A stretch of 64,000 bases of DNA from positions 1 to 64,000 of the IMG/VR virus record IMGVR_UViG_3300018044_000001; one strand, written 5' to 3'. The stretch is from a virus. Of this stretch, positions 29,494-38,504 are shown in pieces (position 1 is the first letter of the stretch; every line of letters begins with the position of its first letter). A program made the translations under genes and the position numbers. Under the pieces are notes generated by a model. The model saw only the letters and a program-made list of their open reading frames with translations. It made no database searches and was not told the DNA's origin.

Positions 29494-32400
29494 TTATGTC
29501 CAGCCACTAGCGAACTGACCCCACGCGTTGCCGCGGCTACGCATGAGCTGCAAGATGTCAGTCTGGACCATGAGAGCGATCTGGCGCGGGTCTTGGTTGC
29601 TGTTGATCTCAATGTGGATATCGCCAAAAGTGACGTTGCCGCCGCCAGTGCTTGTAGTGGCAGCGACAGATGGGATACCAGTCGTGATGTTGCCTCTGGC
29701 CATTGCCTGTTGTGTCTGCTGGGGATTCAGGACAAGTTCAGGACCAGACTCACCTATCAACGCGAAGGATGGACGAGTCACCAGACCACCACCAGCAACG
29801 TGCAAGAAATTTTCCAGCCCATGCACGACGCCGCCAGCAAGACCCGCCGCTCCAGCAATGGCACCGCCACCAGGAATGTGCGAGATGATCTCATGCCAAA
29901 TCTTGGAACCGATGTCGCCCAACGCGCTGATGATGCGACCAGGAAGTGCCTTAAAGAAGTTCACGATCGGGTCCAGTACGTGTGTCTCGATCCAGGTGCC
30001 TGAAGTCTCAAGTGCACCCCAAATCGTTGACACGATATTGCCCATGCCGCTGACGATGCGACCAGGGAGTGCAGTGAAGAAGTTGACGACCGGTGCGATT
30101 ACGTTGGTGTCAACCCATGTCGCAGATGTCTTGAGTCCACCCCAAATGATCGAAGCAATGTCACCCAAACCAGACAGGATGCGACCGGGTAGGCCGGTGA
30201 AGAACGAGACGACGGGGGTCAGGACGTTTGCATTGATCCATGAGGCCGAGGACTTCAGCGCGCCCCATATTGTCGATACGACGTTGCCAAATGCGGACGA
30301 GATACGACCAGGGAGTGCAGTGAAAAAGTCCACGATACCATCAACGACACGCTTGATATCGGGCAAGATATCACCAAAATGCGAGCTGACCCACTCTACG
30401 ATGTCTTCAAAGAAATGGATGATCTGCTTGTGGAACATGATAAACAGGGCCAAGGCTGGCGAAATAGGAGCTAGCAGAATCTCTGCAAGCAACTCCCAGT
30501 GCTTCTTGATCCAACCGACTACGGCGTCAAAGGCGCGCTCGATTGGCTGGATAAAGTCGTTGTCTATGGCGTGCCAAGCGTCTTCGAATGGCGCGGCGAT
30601 ATCATGACCTATCCTCTTGAAGAAGTCTTCAATGGCCGACCAATGCTTGATGATCAGTGTTGCCCCGGCAGCGAGTGCCAACACTGCCGTTGTCACAGGG
30701 AAGAACGCCGCAGCGATGGCAACCAGTGCGGCGATCAACAGCGGTTTGTGATCGACCAGAAATGTGAAGACCTTGCTGATGCCTTTCCATAATAGGTCAA
30801 GCGCTGGTTCGACATCTTTCCATACCGACTTTATGGCAGCAGAAATCTGAGGCCAGTCTTTGATGAACCCTTGAACCACCTTCTCGACTACGCCCAAGAG
30901 CTTCCCTAGAACAGGGATCAACTTCTCGCCAAGTGATGTCAGTAGGTCATCGGCCGTCGCCTTCATTGTCTTGAACTCGACAGAGAGTGTCTGACTCTGA
31001 ATCGCCGCGCCGCGCTGCGCCGATCCCATCTTGGTGACCGATGCAACAGCCTTGTCGTAAGCACCAGCACCGCTCTGTATGGTGGTAACAAGCTTGCCTG
31101 CTCCCGAACCAAGGCCACGTGCTGTCAACTCCGCGGTAGCCTGCGCAGTGGACATGCCCGCAATCTTGTCGTGCAATTGCCCAATGATGGAGGACGTGCC
31201 GATGAACTGGCCCTTGCTGTTCAACACTGTGATGCCAAGTTTCTGGTATGCCTCGTTGGATACTTTGGCGGCATCGGCAGAACTCTTGAACTTGCCCCAC
31301 AACACTGTGTTCTCTACGCTCAGACCCTTGGTAGCATCGGTCACTGCCGTGGTGCTCATCGTGCCCTTTTGATATTCGGCGGCAAGCGCACGGAGGCTCG
31401 GCGGCAAGTTCTGCAACGTGACATTCATTGCGATCTGAGTCTTTTGTGCCTCAGATGCAGGCTTTAACAGGGCCGTAAAGGTCGTCGTCAGTGCACTCAT
31501 GGCTTGACGACCCGACTCACCGTGGTTTGTCAAGTCGACCATCAAACCGGCAAGATCGCCAATCGGCGGTGCCATGGCACCAATGCGAGTCTTGGCGCGT
31601 ATCATGGCCGAACTGAGCGAGTCAACGCCTTGTCCTGTCGCGTTGGACGCGTTGAACAGGATGTTCGAAACACCAGCGGCGTCCTTTGCACCCATGCTGA
31701 ATGCCTGCAAAGTCTTGGCGACCGTTGACGTTGCATCACTCAAGCTGATCTGCTTGGCCGTGGCGAGATCGGCAGCGGCGTTCATCACCTGCGTGGCCTG
31801 TGCCGTCGTCAGCACGCTGCCCTGTACGGACTCCAACTGGCCAGCAACACCAGCATATGCTTGGGCCATTTCCTTGCCGCTGAACTCAGACTTGCCAGCA
31901 GTGTCGAGAAAAGCGTTGCCGATAGCAGTGGCATTCTTGATGGACTCACCAGCGGCTACGGCAATCGCAGCGTTGGCGGATTGCATCTGGTCGCCAAAGT
32001 GGAGGGCAAGTGCACCAGTGCCAACTATGCCCGCGCCGAGTGCACCCCACCCACCGAGCAGCGCGTTGGGTACGCCCATGTTGCCGAGCATCTTCTTGAT
32101 GCCACCACTGCTCTTTTCGGCACTACTGCCGACCTTCTCGGCCTTGGTGCCAATCTTCTCTACGTCAGCACCCGTCTTCTCTGCTACGGTACTGACACCA
32201 CCGAGAGATCCGCCAATGCCCGCCGCAGCCACCGCAACATCATCACGGGCACCAGTAGCGGCAATGCCGACGCCACCAATAGCGCCGCCAATGTCTGATG
32301 CTGCACCTGCAACGGTGTCACTGGCCGTGCTGGCAGCGATACCAATGCCACCAACGGATTCAGCGGCGATACCCGCCGCGCCTGCAACGTCATCGCTGGC

Positions 32401-32625
32401 ACTACGTGCGGCGACACCAACGCCACCGACTGCGCCAGCAGCGTCCGCAGCGTCAGACTTGATACCGCTCAGTCCCGTGCTAGCACCCATCGCGTCAAGT
32501 TCGCCAGTGGATGTCTCGGCAGACGCGCCAAGCTCGGCCATTTGTGCCTTGGCTTCGTCCATCTTGGCCGTGAACTCATCGGTGTTGGCGATCAGCGTTG
32601 CAATAACGGGATCAAGTACTGGCAT
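29494..32625 (-). CDS. tape measure protein
   Basis: 1043 aa Ala/Gly-rich with Trp/Phe repeats, GGLVTRPSFALIGESGPELV; follows tail chaperone. Confidence 0.93.
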   Translation of the reverse strand: MPVLDPVIATLIANTDEFTAKMDEAKAQMAELGASAETSTGELDAMGASTGLSGIKSDAADAAGAVGGVGVAARSASDDVAGAAGIAAESVGGIGIAASTASDTVAGAASDIGGAIGGVGIAATGARDDVAVAAAGIGGSLGGVSTVAEKTGADVEKIGTKAEKVGSSAEKSSGGIKKMLGNMGVPNALLGGWGALGAGIVGTGALALHFGDQMQSANAAIAVAAGESIKNATAIGNAFLDTAGKSEFSGKEMAQAYAGVAGQLESVQGSVLTTAQATQVMNAAADLATAKQISLSDATSTVAKTLQAFSMGAKDAAGVSNILFNASNATGQGVDSLSSAMIRAKTRIGAMAPPIGDLAGLMVDLTNHGESGRQAMSALTTTFTALLKPASEAQKTQIAMNVTLQNLPPSLRALAAEYQKGTMSTTAVTDATKGLSVENTVLWGKFKSSADAAKVSNEAYQKLGITVLNSKGQFIGTSSIIGQLHDKIAGMSTAQATAELTARGLGSGAGKLVTTIQSGAGAYDKAVASVTKMGSAQRGAAIQSQTLSVEFKTMKATADDLLTSLGEKLIPVLGKLLGVVEKVVQGFIKDWPQISAAIKSVWKDVEPALDLLWKGISKVFTFLVDHKPLLIAALVAIAAAFFPVTTAVLALAAGATLIIKHWSAIEDFFKRIGHDIAAPFEDAWHAIDNDFIQPIERAFDAVVGWIKKHWELLAEILLAPISPALALFIMFHKQIIHFFEDIVEWVSSHFGDILPDIKRVVDGIVDFFTALPGRISSAFGNVVSTIWGALKSSASWINANVLTPVVSFFTGLPGRILSGLGDIASIIWGGLKTSATWVDTNVIAPVVNFFTALPGRIVSGMGNIVSTIWGALETSGTWIETHVLDPIVNFFKALPGRIISALGDIGSKIWHEIISHIPGGGAIAGAAGLAGGVVHGLENFLHVAGGGLVTRPSFALIGESGPELVLNPQQTQQAMARGNITTGIPSVAATTSTGGGNVTFGDIHIEINSNQDPRQIALMVQTDILQLMRSRGNAWGQFASGWT

Positions 32626-32633
32626 TGTCTCCC

Positions 32634-33265
32634 CTAAATCAACAGGGTCTTGTTGTCTGCTGCTAGTTCGGCGGCGACTTCGTTGTACACGCCGTGTATC
32701 TTGAGCAACAACGTCACTTCGTCATAGGGACGCGCGTCGTACTCGGCAGGGGTAGCGCCAAACAACTTACAAAATCGGTACATGCGGAATGCCTCTGCTG
32801 TCTCTGGTGACAGGGGCGTCAGGAGCGTCTTGCCGGTGAGTGCTAGCTTGAGTCGGTGGAGTTCGCGATAGGGGCTTTTGGGTCAGGACTGACCTCAAAC
32901 TCATCCTCGCCAAACTTGATACCAGCAACGGCAGCGACAGTCAGTGGCGTGTAAATGGACATCGGGAGGTTGTCCACGTCGTCTGCACTCTGAGGCAATG
33001 GGCGATCAATCGTCCACGAGACTAGCCTCAGGTGCACGCAGGTGCGCTGGAATAGGTCGATGGTATCCATGTCGTCGGCAGTGAGATGCGCGGCCTGTGT
33101 CCACGTATCGGGGTCGGCAGGATCGAATCCGAATTCCTTGAGGTGCAGCGCGGTGCCAGCAGCGGTCAGTTGCGACTTGGATAGCAGCTTCATTTCCCTG
33201 TTGGTCAGTTCGGACTTTTCCTTCAGGACTGCGGTGCCACCAGGGATGGTGATTTCGGTTGTCAT
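32634..33265 (-). CDS. tail assembly chaperone (G form 33265-32843; GT form via -1 frameshift to 32634)
   Basis: slippery C CCA AAA at 32876-32882; -1 frame reads SPYRELHRLKL..FCKLFGATPAEYD..TLLI-stop just before the tape measure RBS. Confidence 0.8.
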
Positions 33266-33594
33266 TGCGCTCTTGTCTCCTTGCGCTTGTCGTATTGGTA
33301 TGCTGCTGTATCGACCGCGGCGACGGCTATAAGCCAGTCCACCGCGTCGGGGTCGTTCTTGTCTGTCTCTAGGAACTGCTCGTGAGTGCAACCAGTGAAG
33401 ATCTTCCTATACGCGAACTCCCTGAGATACTTGACGGCGGTCTCACAATCGTCCAGTTCCTCGGGTCCGATGTAGTTGTCGCGTCGTAACGCGGAAAGTC
33501 GGCGCAGTTCGGTGTCGGGTGAGCCAGGCGTCTTATCAGGCGCGAAGCTCACCTTTCGACCACTGCGCCGACTAAGGATCTGATAGGTTTCCAT
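33262..33594 (-). CDS. tail-chaperone-region protein
   Basis: between tail tube and chaperone; RKIFTGCTHEQF resembles the GT extension. Confidence 0.55.
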   Translation of the reverse strand: METYQILSRRSGRKVSFAPDKTPGSPDTELRRLSALRRDNYIGPEELDDCETAVKYLREFAYRKIFTGCTHEQFLETDKNDPDAVDWLIAVAAVDTAAYQYDKRKETRAQ

Positions 33595-33627
33595 GTGTCC
33601 CCTCTTTTGTTTGTGGGATGGTGTAGT

Positions 33628-34593
33628 TTAGTACTGGGCCGAAATGCCGTTGATCGTGACGGTCTGGATCGGCGAGTAACCGCCGTTTACAGCATCCGTG
33701 GTATTCGAGACGGCAACTAGGTCAGCGCTCATGCTGATCCAGTGACGACTTTGATCGATAATCGGGTTCTCAAGTTGGCACGCGCTCATGGTGAACGTGA
33801 TGCTGTAGTTCGTGAACGGATCAGTGAACTGGAACGACACCGACTGTTCATTGCGTGTCAATGCTTGGTTGAAGTACGGGTTGTTTGCCTCCACAACAAA
33901 GGAGAACTTGCCGGTCACGTCAATCGGACCAGCCCAGTTACGGTACGGACCTGCTGTTCCAAGTGTCCAGATAGGACCAGCCGTGCGCTTGATATCCAGC
34001 TGTCCTGTTTCCACTGCCGTTACCGACGCACCACCAATGGATGCCGCGCAGTTCCATGCGGGAATAATGTGCTGTACTGTTTCGTTCGGGAAGTTCGTAA
34101 TGGACGCTATGCTCGCCGAAGGATTGCCCATGAACATGAACGTCGTCTCAACAGCAGCGTCAGCCGCGAACGAGATGGACAGGTTGTCACACTGTGCCGC
34201 AACCATACGGTACGTGTTGTCAACACTGTCGTTAACGATCGTATAGGACGGTGGCTGTGAACCAGTGGACGCGCTGTTAATCAGTCCAATGGTGTGCGAC
34301 CACGTACTTGCACCTGCACTGGCTACCGTGTCTGTGCTACCAAGCACTGCGCGTAGCAACTGTGGAAACACGTCCGTGTACAGGAACGTCTTGGCGCTAT
34401 ACTCGTCGTAACGAACACCTTGTACCTGGTCGTACTGGGCAACAGGCGACCCACGGAAGTTAGGGTCGGGAAGCCAGATTTGCTTAGGTTCAATTTTTGG
34501 TGTCGTAACTGGGGTGTATGTAGAGACGGAGGCGGCGGTACCGCGAGTAGCCTCAACCGCCCAACCCGCATAGCTGTTCGCGGTCATAAACAT
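33628..34593 (-). CDS. major tail tube protein
   Basis: GWAVEATRGTA, FRGSPV, QPPSYT; position upstream of chaperones and tape measure. Confidence 0.85.
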   Translation of the reverse strand: MFMTANSYAGWAVEATRGTAASVSTYTPVTTPKIEPKQIWLPDPNFRGSPVAQYDQVQGVRYDEYSAKTFLYTDVFPQLLRAVLGSTDTVASAGASTWSHTIGLINSASTGSQPPSYTIVNDSVDNTYRMVAAQCDNLSISFAADAAVETTFMFMGNPSASIASITNFPNETVQHIIPAWNCAASIGGASVTAVETGQLDIKRTAGPIWTLGTAGPYRNWAGPIDVTGKFSFVVEANNPYFNQALTRNEQSVSFQFTDPFTNYSITFTMSACQLENPIIDQSRHWISMSADLVAVSNTTDAVNGGYSPIQTVTINGISAQY

Positions 34594-34854
34594 CAGGAAT
34601 CACTCCTTGTAGTGTCCGAGGCTTCTTCAGCCGCCGACTCGTCTTCTGGTTCTTGTACTACTGTCTTAACGTCGCCCACCTTTGTTTCAGGCACTTCATC
34701 TACGACCAACTCCAACAACGGATGACCGATAGGTACTGGCCAGTCAATCGTGTCGCCTTTGTTGGGAGCGAATGTATGACCGTCCTTGACTAGCGAGATA
34801 AAGACGGTGGGAAGATCCCCGAGATATCTGTAGGTGGGCATTATGCTCCTAAAA

Positions 34855-35370
34855 CTAGGTGTTCAACGTCTCGCATGCAGTCGTATGCAACACGCCTTGG
34901 TAGATCGTGACACCGCCATCAAGCGTGCGCGGGATGGTGTAATCGAACCTGATGTCAGGTCCGCCCAACTCCGTACCCTCGCCCCATTGGAAGATGTCCG
35001 ACCACGGTATGTTCGGCACACGGTTGGCCTCGATGAACGTCGTCAACGCGTCGCAGAAGTGATCGAACTCAATCTGTCCGTCCTCTGTCTGCGGCAGGTC
35101 CGACTTGAACACGACCAGCATGCCGGTGTCGTAAGTACGGAACTTGCGGCCGCTGTGCTCGCCACCGAGTGCGATACGTCTCTCCACTTGCGATGTCACA
35201 AAGAGGTAGATGCACGCACCCAGACCGAGGTTGGGATACGAGTTGCTAAACAGCTGACTCTCGTCGCTAACCTTCGGGAGCGCTCGATACACGACACCCA
35301 AGTTGGGAATGTTCGAGTTGTCCGGCTGCATGTACTCGTAAATGCCCTTGGTGACACTTGACTTGCTCAC
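34855..35370 (-). CDS. putative tail terminator / head-tail protein
   Basis: synteny upstream of tail tube; size. Confidence 0.6.
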   Translation of the reverse strand: MSKSSVTKGIYEYMQPDNSNIPNLGVVYRALPKVSDESQLFSNSYPNLGLGACIYLFVTSQVERRIALGGEHSGRKFRTYDTGMLVVFKSDLPQTEDGQIEFDHFCDALTTFIEANRVPNIPWSDIFQWGEGTELGGPDIRFDYTIPRTLDGGVTIYQGVLHTTACETLNT

Positions 35371-36212
35371 TGTGTGCCCCCAATGTGTAGACCAAAGACA
35401 ACACCAGCCGCTTGTGACTGGTCAGCCGCGGCATAGATGGCGGTCGTTTGCGGACTGCTGTGTCCCATCAGTTCTTGCGTCAGTCGCAGATCGCGGCAGG
35501 CTTGGTATGTCGCTGATGCAAAGTAGTGACGTAGCGTGTGCGCGGTACTGGCAATATGTATCGAATGCAGATACGTATTGATGGTTCGTGACACGCTGGC
35601 AGGTGTCTCATCCCAGAGTCGTCCACTTGACGGCATTGGCAAAGCCTGTAGTGCAGCGAACACGTCGGGGTGCAACGGCACCCATCTCTCTTTCTCGCCT
35701 TTGCCGTGAATAATGTGCAGGCGGGGAGGGTTGGCGGTGTCATCCAAATCGTCACGCTCTATCAGAGCGATTTCCTGACAGCGGCATCCCGACAGCGCAC
35801 CCAGTAACAACCAGCACCGCATGATCGGAGTGGCGTTAGCGAGTGCGCGTTGCAACTCTGCGATTGGCATCGGACGCGGGTGGCGTGCGTGTAGTCGTGG
35901 CTTGACAATGCCGAACGTAGGTGGCTTATTCTCTGGTTCACCTTCGCGCCATGCAGGGAACTTCAGGTGTCCGTTGTTGATCGCCCAGTTGAAGAATACG
36001 GTCAACGTTGATAGCCATGACGAGCGTGTCTTGTTGCTCATGGGCCTAGATAGCCACTGTTGCGTTGCTTCACGAGTGGCTGTAGCGAAGCCAACCTCTC
36101 TTTGGTACTTGCGGAGCCACCGGTCGCGGACGGCTAACGTGCCTGGGAGGCAGCCGCACATACGTTCGTACTCGGTATAGGCCGCGAGAAGTTCCAGGTC
36201 TGTCATTGTCAC
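35367..36212 (-). CDS. XerC/D-like tyrosine recombinase
   Basis: GCRCQEI (R), HGKGEKER (K), HTLRH, LMGHSSPQTTAIY (H, Y); no arm-binding domain. Confidence 0.93.
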   Translation of the reverse strand: MTMTDLELLAAYTEYERMCGCLPGTLAVRDRWLRKYQREVGFATATREATQQWLSRPMSNKTRSSWLSTLTVFFNWAINNGHLKFPAWREGEPENKPPTFGIVKPRLHARHPRPMPIAELQRALANATPIMRCWLLLGALSGCRCQEIALIERDDLDDTANPPRLHIIHGKGEKERWVPLHPDVFAALQALPMPSSGRLWDETPASVSRTINTYLHSIHIASTAHTLRHYFASATYQACRDLRLTQELMGHSSPQTTAIYAAADQSQAAGVVFGLHIGGTQ

Positions 36213-36240
36213 CCTTGTTTCTGTAGTGACGAGGTGTTGT

Positions 36241-37164
36241 CTAGTAGCCCACGTACGTTTGTTTGAAGGTCTGGAGGATGTCCTTCGCTTCCGCCCAGTC
36301 GCTACCCGCGTTTTGTGAGAACCCAGTTTGCTGTTTAGTCACAGCACCCATGTCGGCTACAACGAGTGCTCCAGATCCGCGCTGCTTGATGAATGCAGTC
36401 GTCACAAGAATGGCGGCTTGCTTGACAGCGGGCGGCAGGTTGGACACCATGACGCCTGACGCGTGTGCGTATTGCGTAGTCCCCACAAGCGGCACCGGTG
36501 TCGTGTGCGGCACATACGATGACGCTACTTGCACTTGTTCGTCGTTGGGCAGATCGTAGAGTGTGAGCGTGATGCCGGGGTAGATACCTTCAGTGCTGAT
36601 CGGTGCAATGGACGCTGCACCAGCAGCGACAGATGCCGACAGAGTAGATGTCGGCCATCCGTTGACATATTGAAATTGGCAGGTGTACTCGACGCCGCGC
36701 ACGATGCCAGCAGGTGCACCTAATCCCCACCCGACAACACCAGACAGAGATACCTCAAACTGTTGAGGGTAAATGACAATGTTGCCTGCAGGTGTGATGG
36801 ATGCGGTGTTATTGTTAGCCAACCCTGCGGGTAGCGTAGAGTACTCGAATGATTGTACCTCAACCACTGGCCAATACTTACAGCGCACGAGCAGCGTGTT
36901 GCGGTACGATCCCCAGATGCGGGCATTCTCGATATTGCTTGTTGCGCAAAGTGTCCCTGCGACACCCATGCAGTGTTGGTCAATCCAAGACGATGCACGA
37001 CCAATGGTTTCCACAAGTGACTCTAGATTGGCCTGTGCGCTGCCACCAGGGATGAGGTTCGAGCAGTCCATCGCAGTAGGTGAGCTTTGATATTCTTGGG
37101 CGCTCAGATAATTGGTTCTCTGAAAAAGTATCTGCTCCCATGGTGCGTAGGCGCTAGTCGTCAT
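36241..37164 (-). CDS. head-to-tail adaptor-like protein
   Basis: RASSWIDQHC, YVNGWP, LPPAVKQAAIL. Confidence 0.7.
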   Translation of the reverse strand: MTTSAYAPWEQILFQRTNYLSAQEYQSSPTAMDCSNLIPGGSAQANLESLVETIGRASSWIDQHCMGVAGTLCATSNIENARIWGSYRNTLLVRCKYWPVVEVQSFEYSTLPAGLANNNTASITPAGNIVIYPQQFEVSLSGVVGWGLGAPAGIVRGVEYTCQFQYVNGWPTSTLSASVAAGAASIAPISTEGIYPGITLTLYDLPNDEQVQVASSYVPHTTPVPLVGTTQYAHASGVMVSNLPPAVKQAAILVTTAFIKQRGSGALVVADMGAVTKQQTGFSQNAGSDWAEAKDILQTFKQTYVGY

Positions 37165-37183
37165 AGTTCAGTTCGCCGTCCCA

Positions 37184-37510
37184 TCAAGTTACTACGAGTG
37201 GTCCCGACCAAAGGACCGGCCGTTCCGGGGCATCTGTGATCCGGACCCAGACTTGATAACTACCCACGGTCAGTGTTATTTGTCCTGCATCTGGACCAAC
37301 CAACAGGCGACAGGTGTAAGGCGTACCAGCATCCCACGTACCCTGTGTCCAGACTGTTTCGGGTGTAGGTGGAGCATCGCCCGCTTGTGGCGTGGTACCA
37401 AAAGGACCAATGAATGCAAACTCCACCTTGTCACTCGTCGGGTCGATCCCCTCCGTGTTGTACACTGGCACCTGTACATAGATCGTGCTTTGTGACGAGA
37501 TTGCTAGCAT
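37184..37510 (-). CDS. virion-region hypothetical protein
   Basis: LLVGP..LTVGSYQVWVRITDAPERPV. Confidence 0.65.
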   Translation of the reverse strand: MLAISSQSTIYVQVPVYNTEGIDPTSDKVEFAFIGPFGTTPQAGDAPPTPETVWTQGTWDAGTPYTCRLLVGPDAGQITLTVGSYQVWVRITDAPERPVLWSGPLVVT

Positions 37511-37700
37511 GCGTACCCTTTCAAAGCATCAACCTAATGGTTCTGTTGCTGACCATGTAGTTACACCGTGATATGCCGCCCATGTCATCGCGGGTTCGCC
37601 AACAGTGAAGTTGACGACGCGTGGGACAGGTGTCGCGCTCGGCAGCGGTGCCCCTGGCACCAGCAGGCCAGCAGTCGGTGATCCTGGAACGCCAGAGAAG

Positions 37701-38504
37701 CTAGTCATTCCAGCCGCAGGATTCCCAGAGTGTCACCACGTAGACCAGACCGGCCGCGCTGGTCAGGGAGCCGGTGGACGAGTCATATGTCAGATCGGTG
37801 CCCGATGCGAACTCCGTGGTCAAGCCTGTGGTGGTGAGAGGAGAGTTGGGGACATCACCAGAGACAACAGCCGTTGTGACGCCGTGGAATACATTGGCCC
37901 CGGTCAGATCGGACGCGTAAACATCCAGGGTTTGTTCGATGCCGAGCGTGCTGGGTGGCAAACCATCTATAGCACACCCTGTGGCGGGGACGACAAACAG
38001 GTCTCCGCCGACGCCCGGAGAGCACAAACCCGTGATGACGGCATCAGTCCCTGATGGGGGAACAAGTGTTGTCGGATCCCAAAGCTCCGTGTCGGTGACG
38101 GTGAAGCCGAAGGAAGATGCGCCGTGGCCTATCGTCGCGTACAAGGTGACCTGTGTAACCGTCGAGGGTTCGGCGCCGCCCCCGAGCGACAACAGGAACG
38201 CCGCGCTCGCCACAGGTGTGATCGTCGCTCCTATGTCGAAGTCAAAAGCTTCTTGCGTGCCATTATTTGTCGGCTCGACGGCACGATCCATGTTCAGCGT
38301 AGACGTACCGAACCCGCCATTGACCAACACGATCTCGTAGTTGTTACCATCGGTCAAGACACCACGGAAGTTCGCGGTTACGCTTGCTCCATTGCTATCC
38401 CCTGGCCAACCTGTAGTTGTGCTTGTACGTGTGAACGACGTGTCAACACTAGAAACAGACGCAGCCAGCACGGCAGGAGCTTGATTAACGAGAGTCTCTG
38501 TCAC
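37701..38504 (-). CDS. virion-region hypothetical protein
   Basis: ORF track; Thr/Gly-rich. Confidence 0.6.
   Translation of the reverse strand: MTETLVNQAPAVLAASVSSVDTSFTRTSTTTGWPGDSNGASVTANFRGVLTDGNNYEIVLVNGGFGTSTLNMDRAVEPTNNGTQEAFDFDIGATITPVASAAFLLSLGGGAEPSTVTQVTLYATIGHGASSFGFTVTDTELWDPTTLVPPSGTDAVITGLCSPGVGGDLFVVPATGCAIDGLPPSTLGIEQTLDVYASDLTGANVFHGVTTAVVSGDVPNSPLTTTGLTTEFASGTDLTYDSSTGSLTSAAGLVYVVTLWESCGWND

Noticed and set aside
29528-32704. Long + strand ORFs antisense to tape measure (likewise over dnaN, scaffold and portal)
   Set aside because: Typical antisense shadows of GC-rich coding sequence, with no motifs or RBS.
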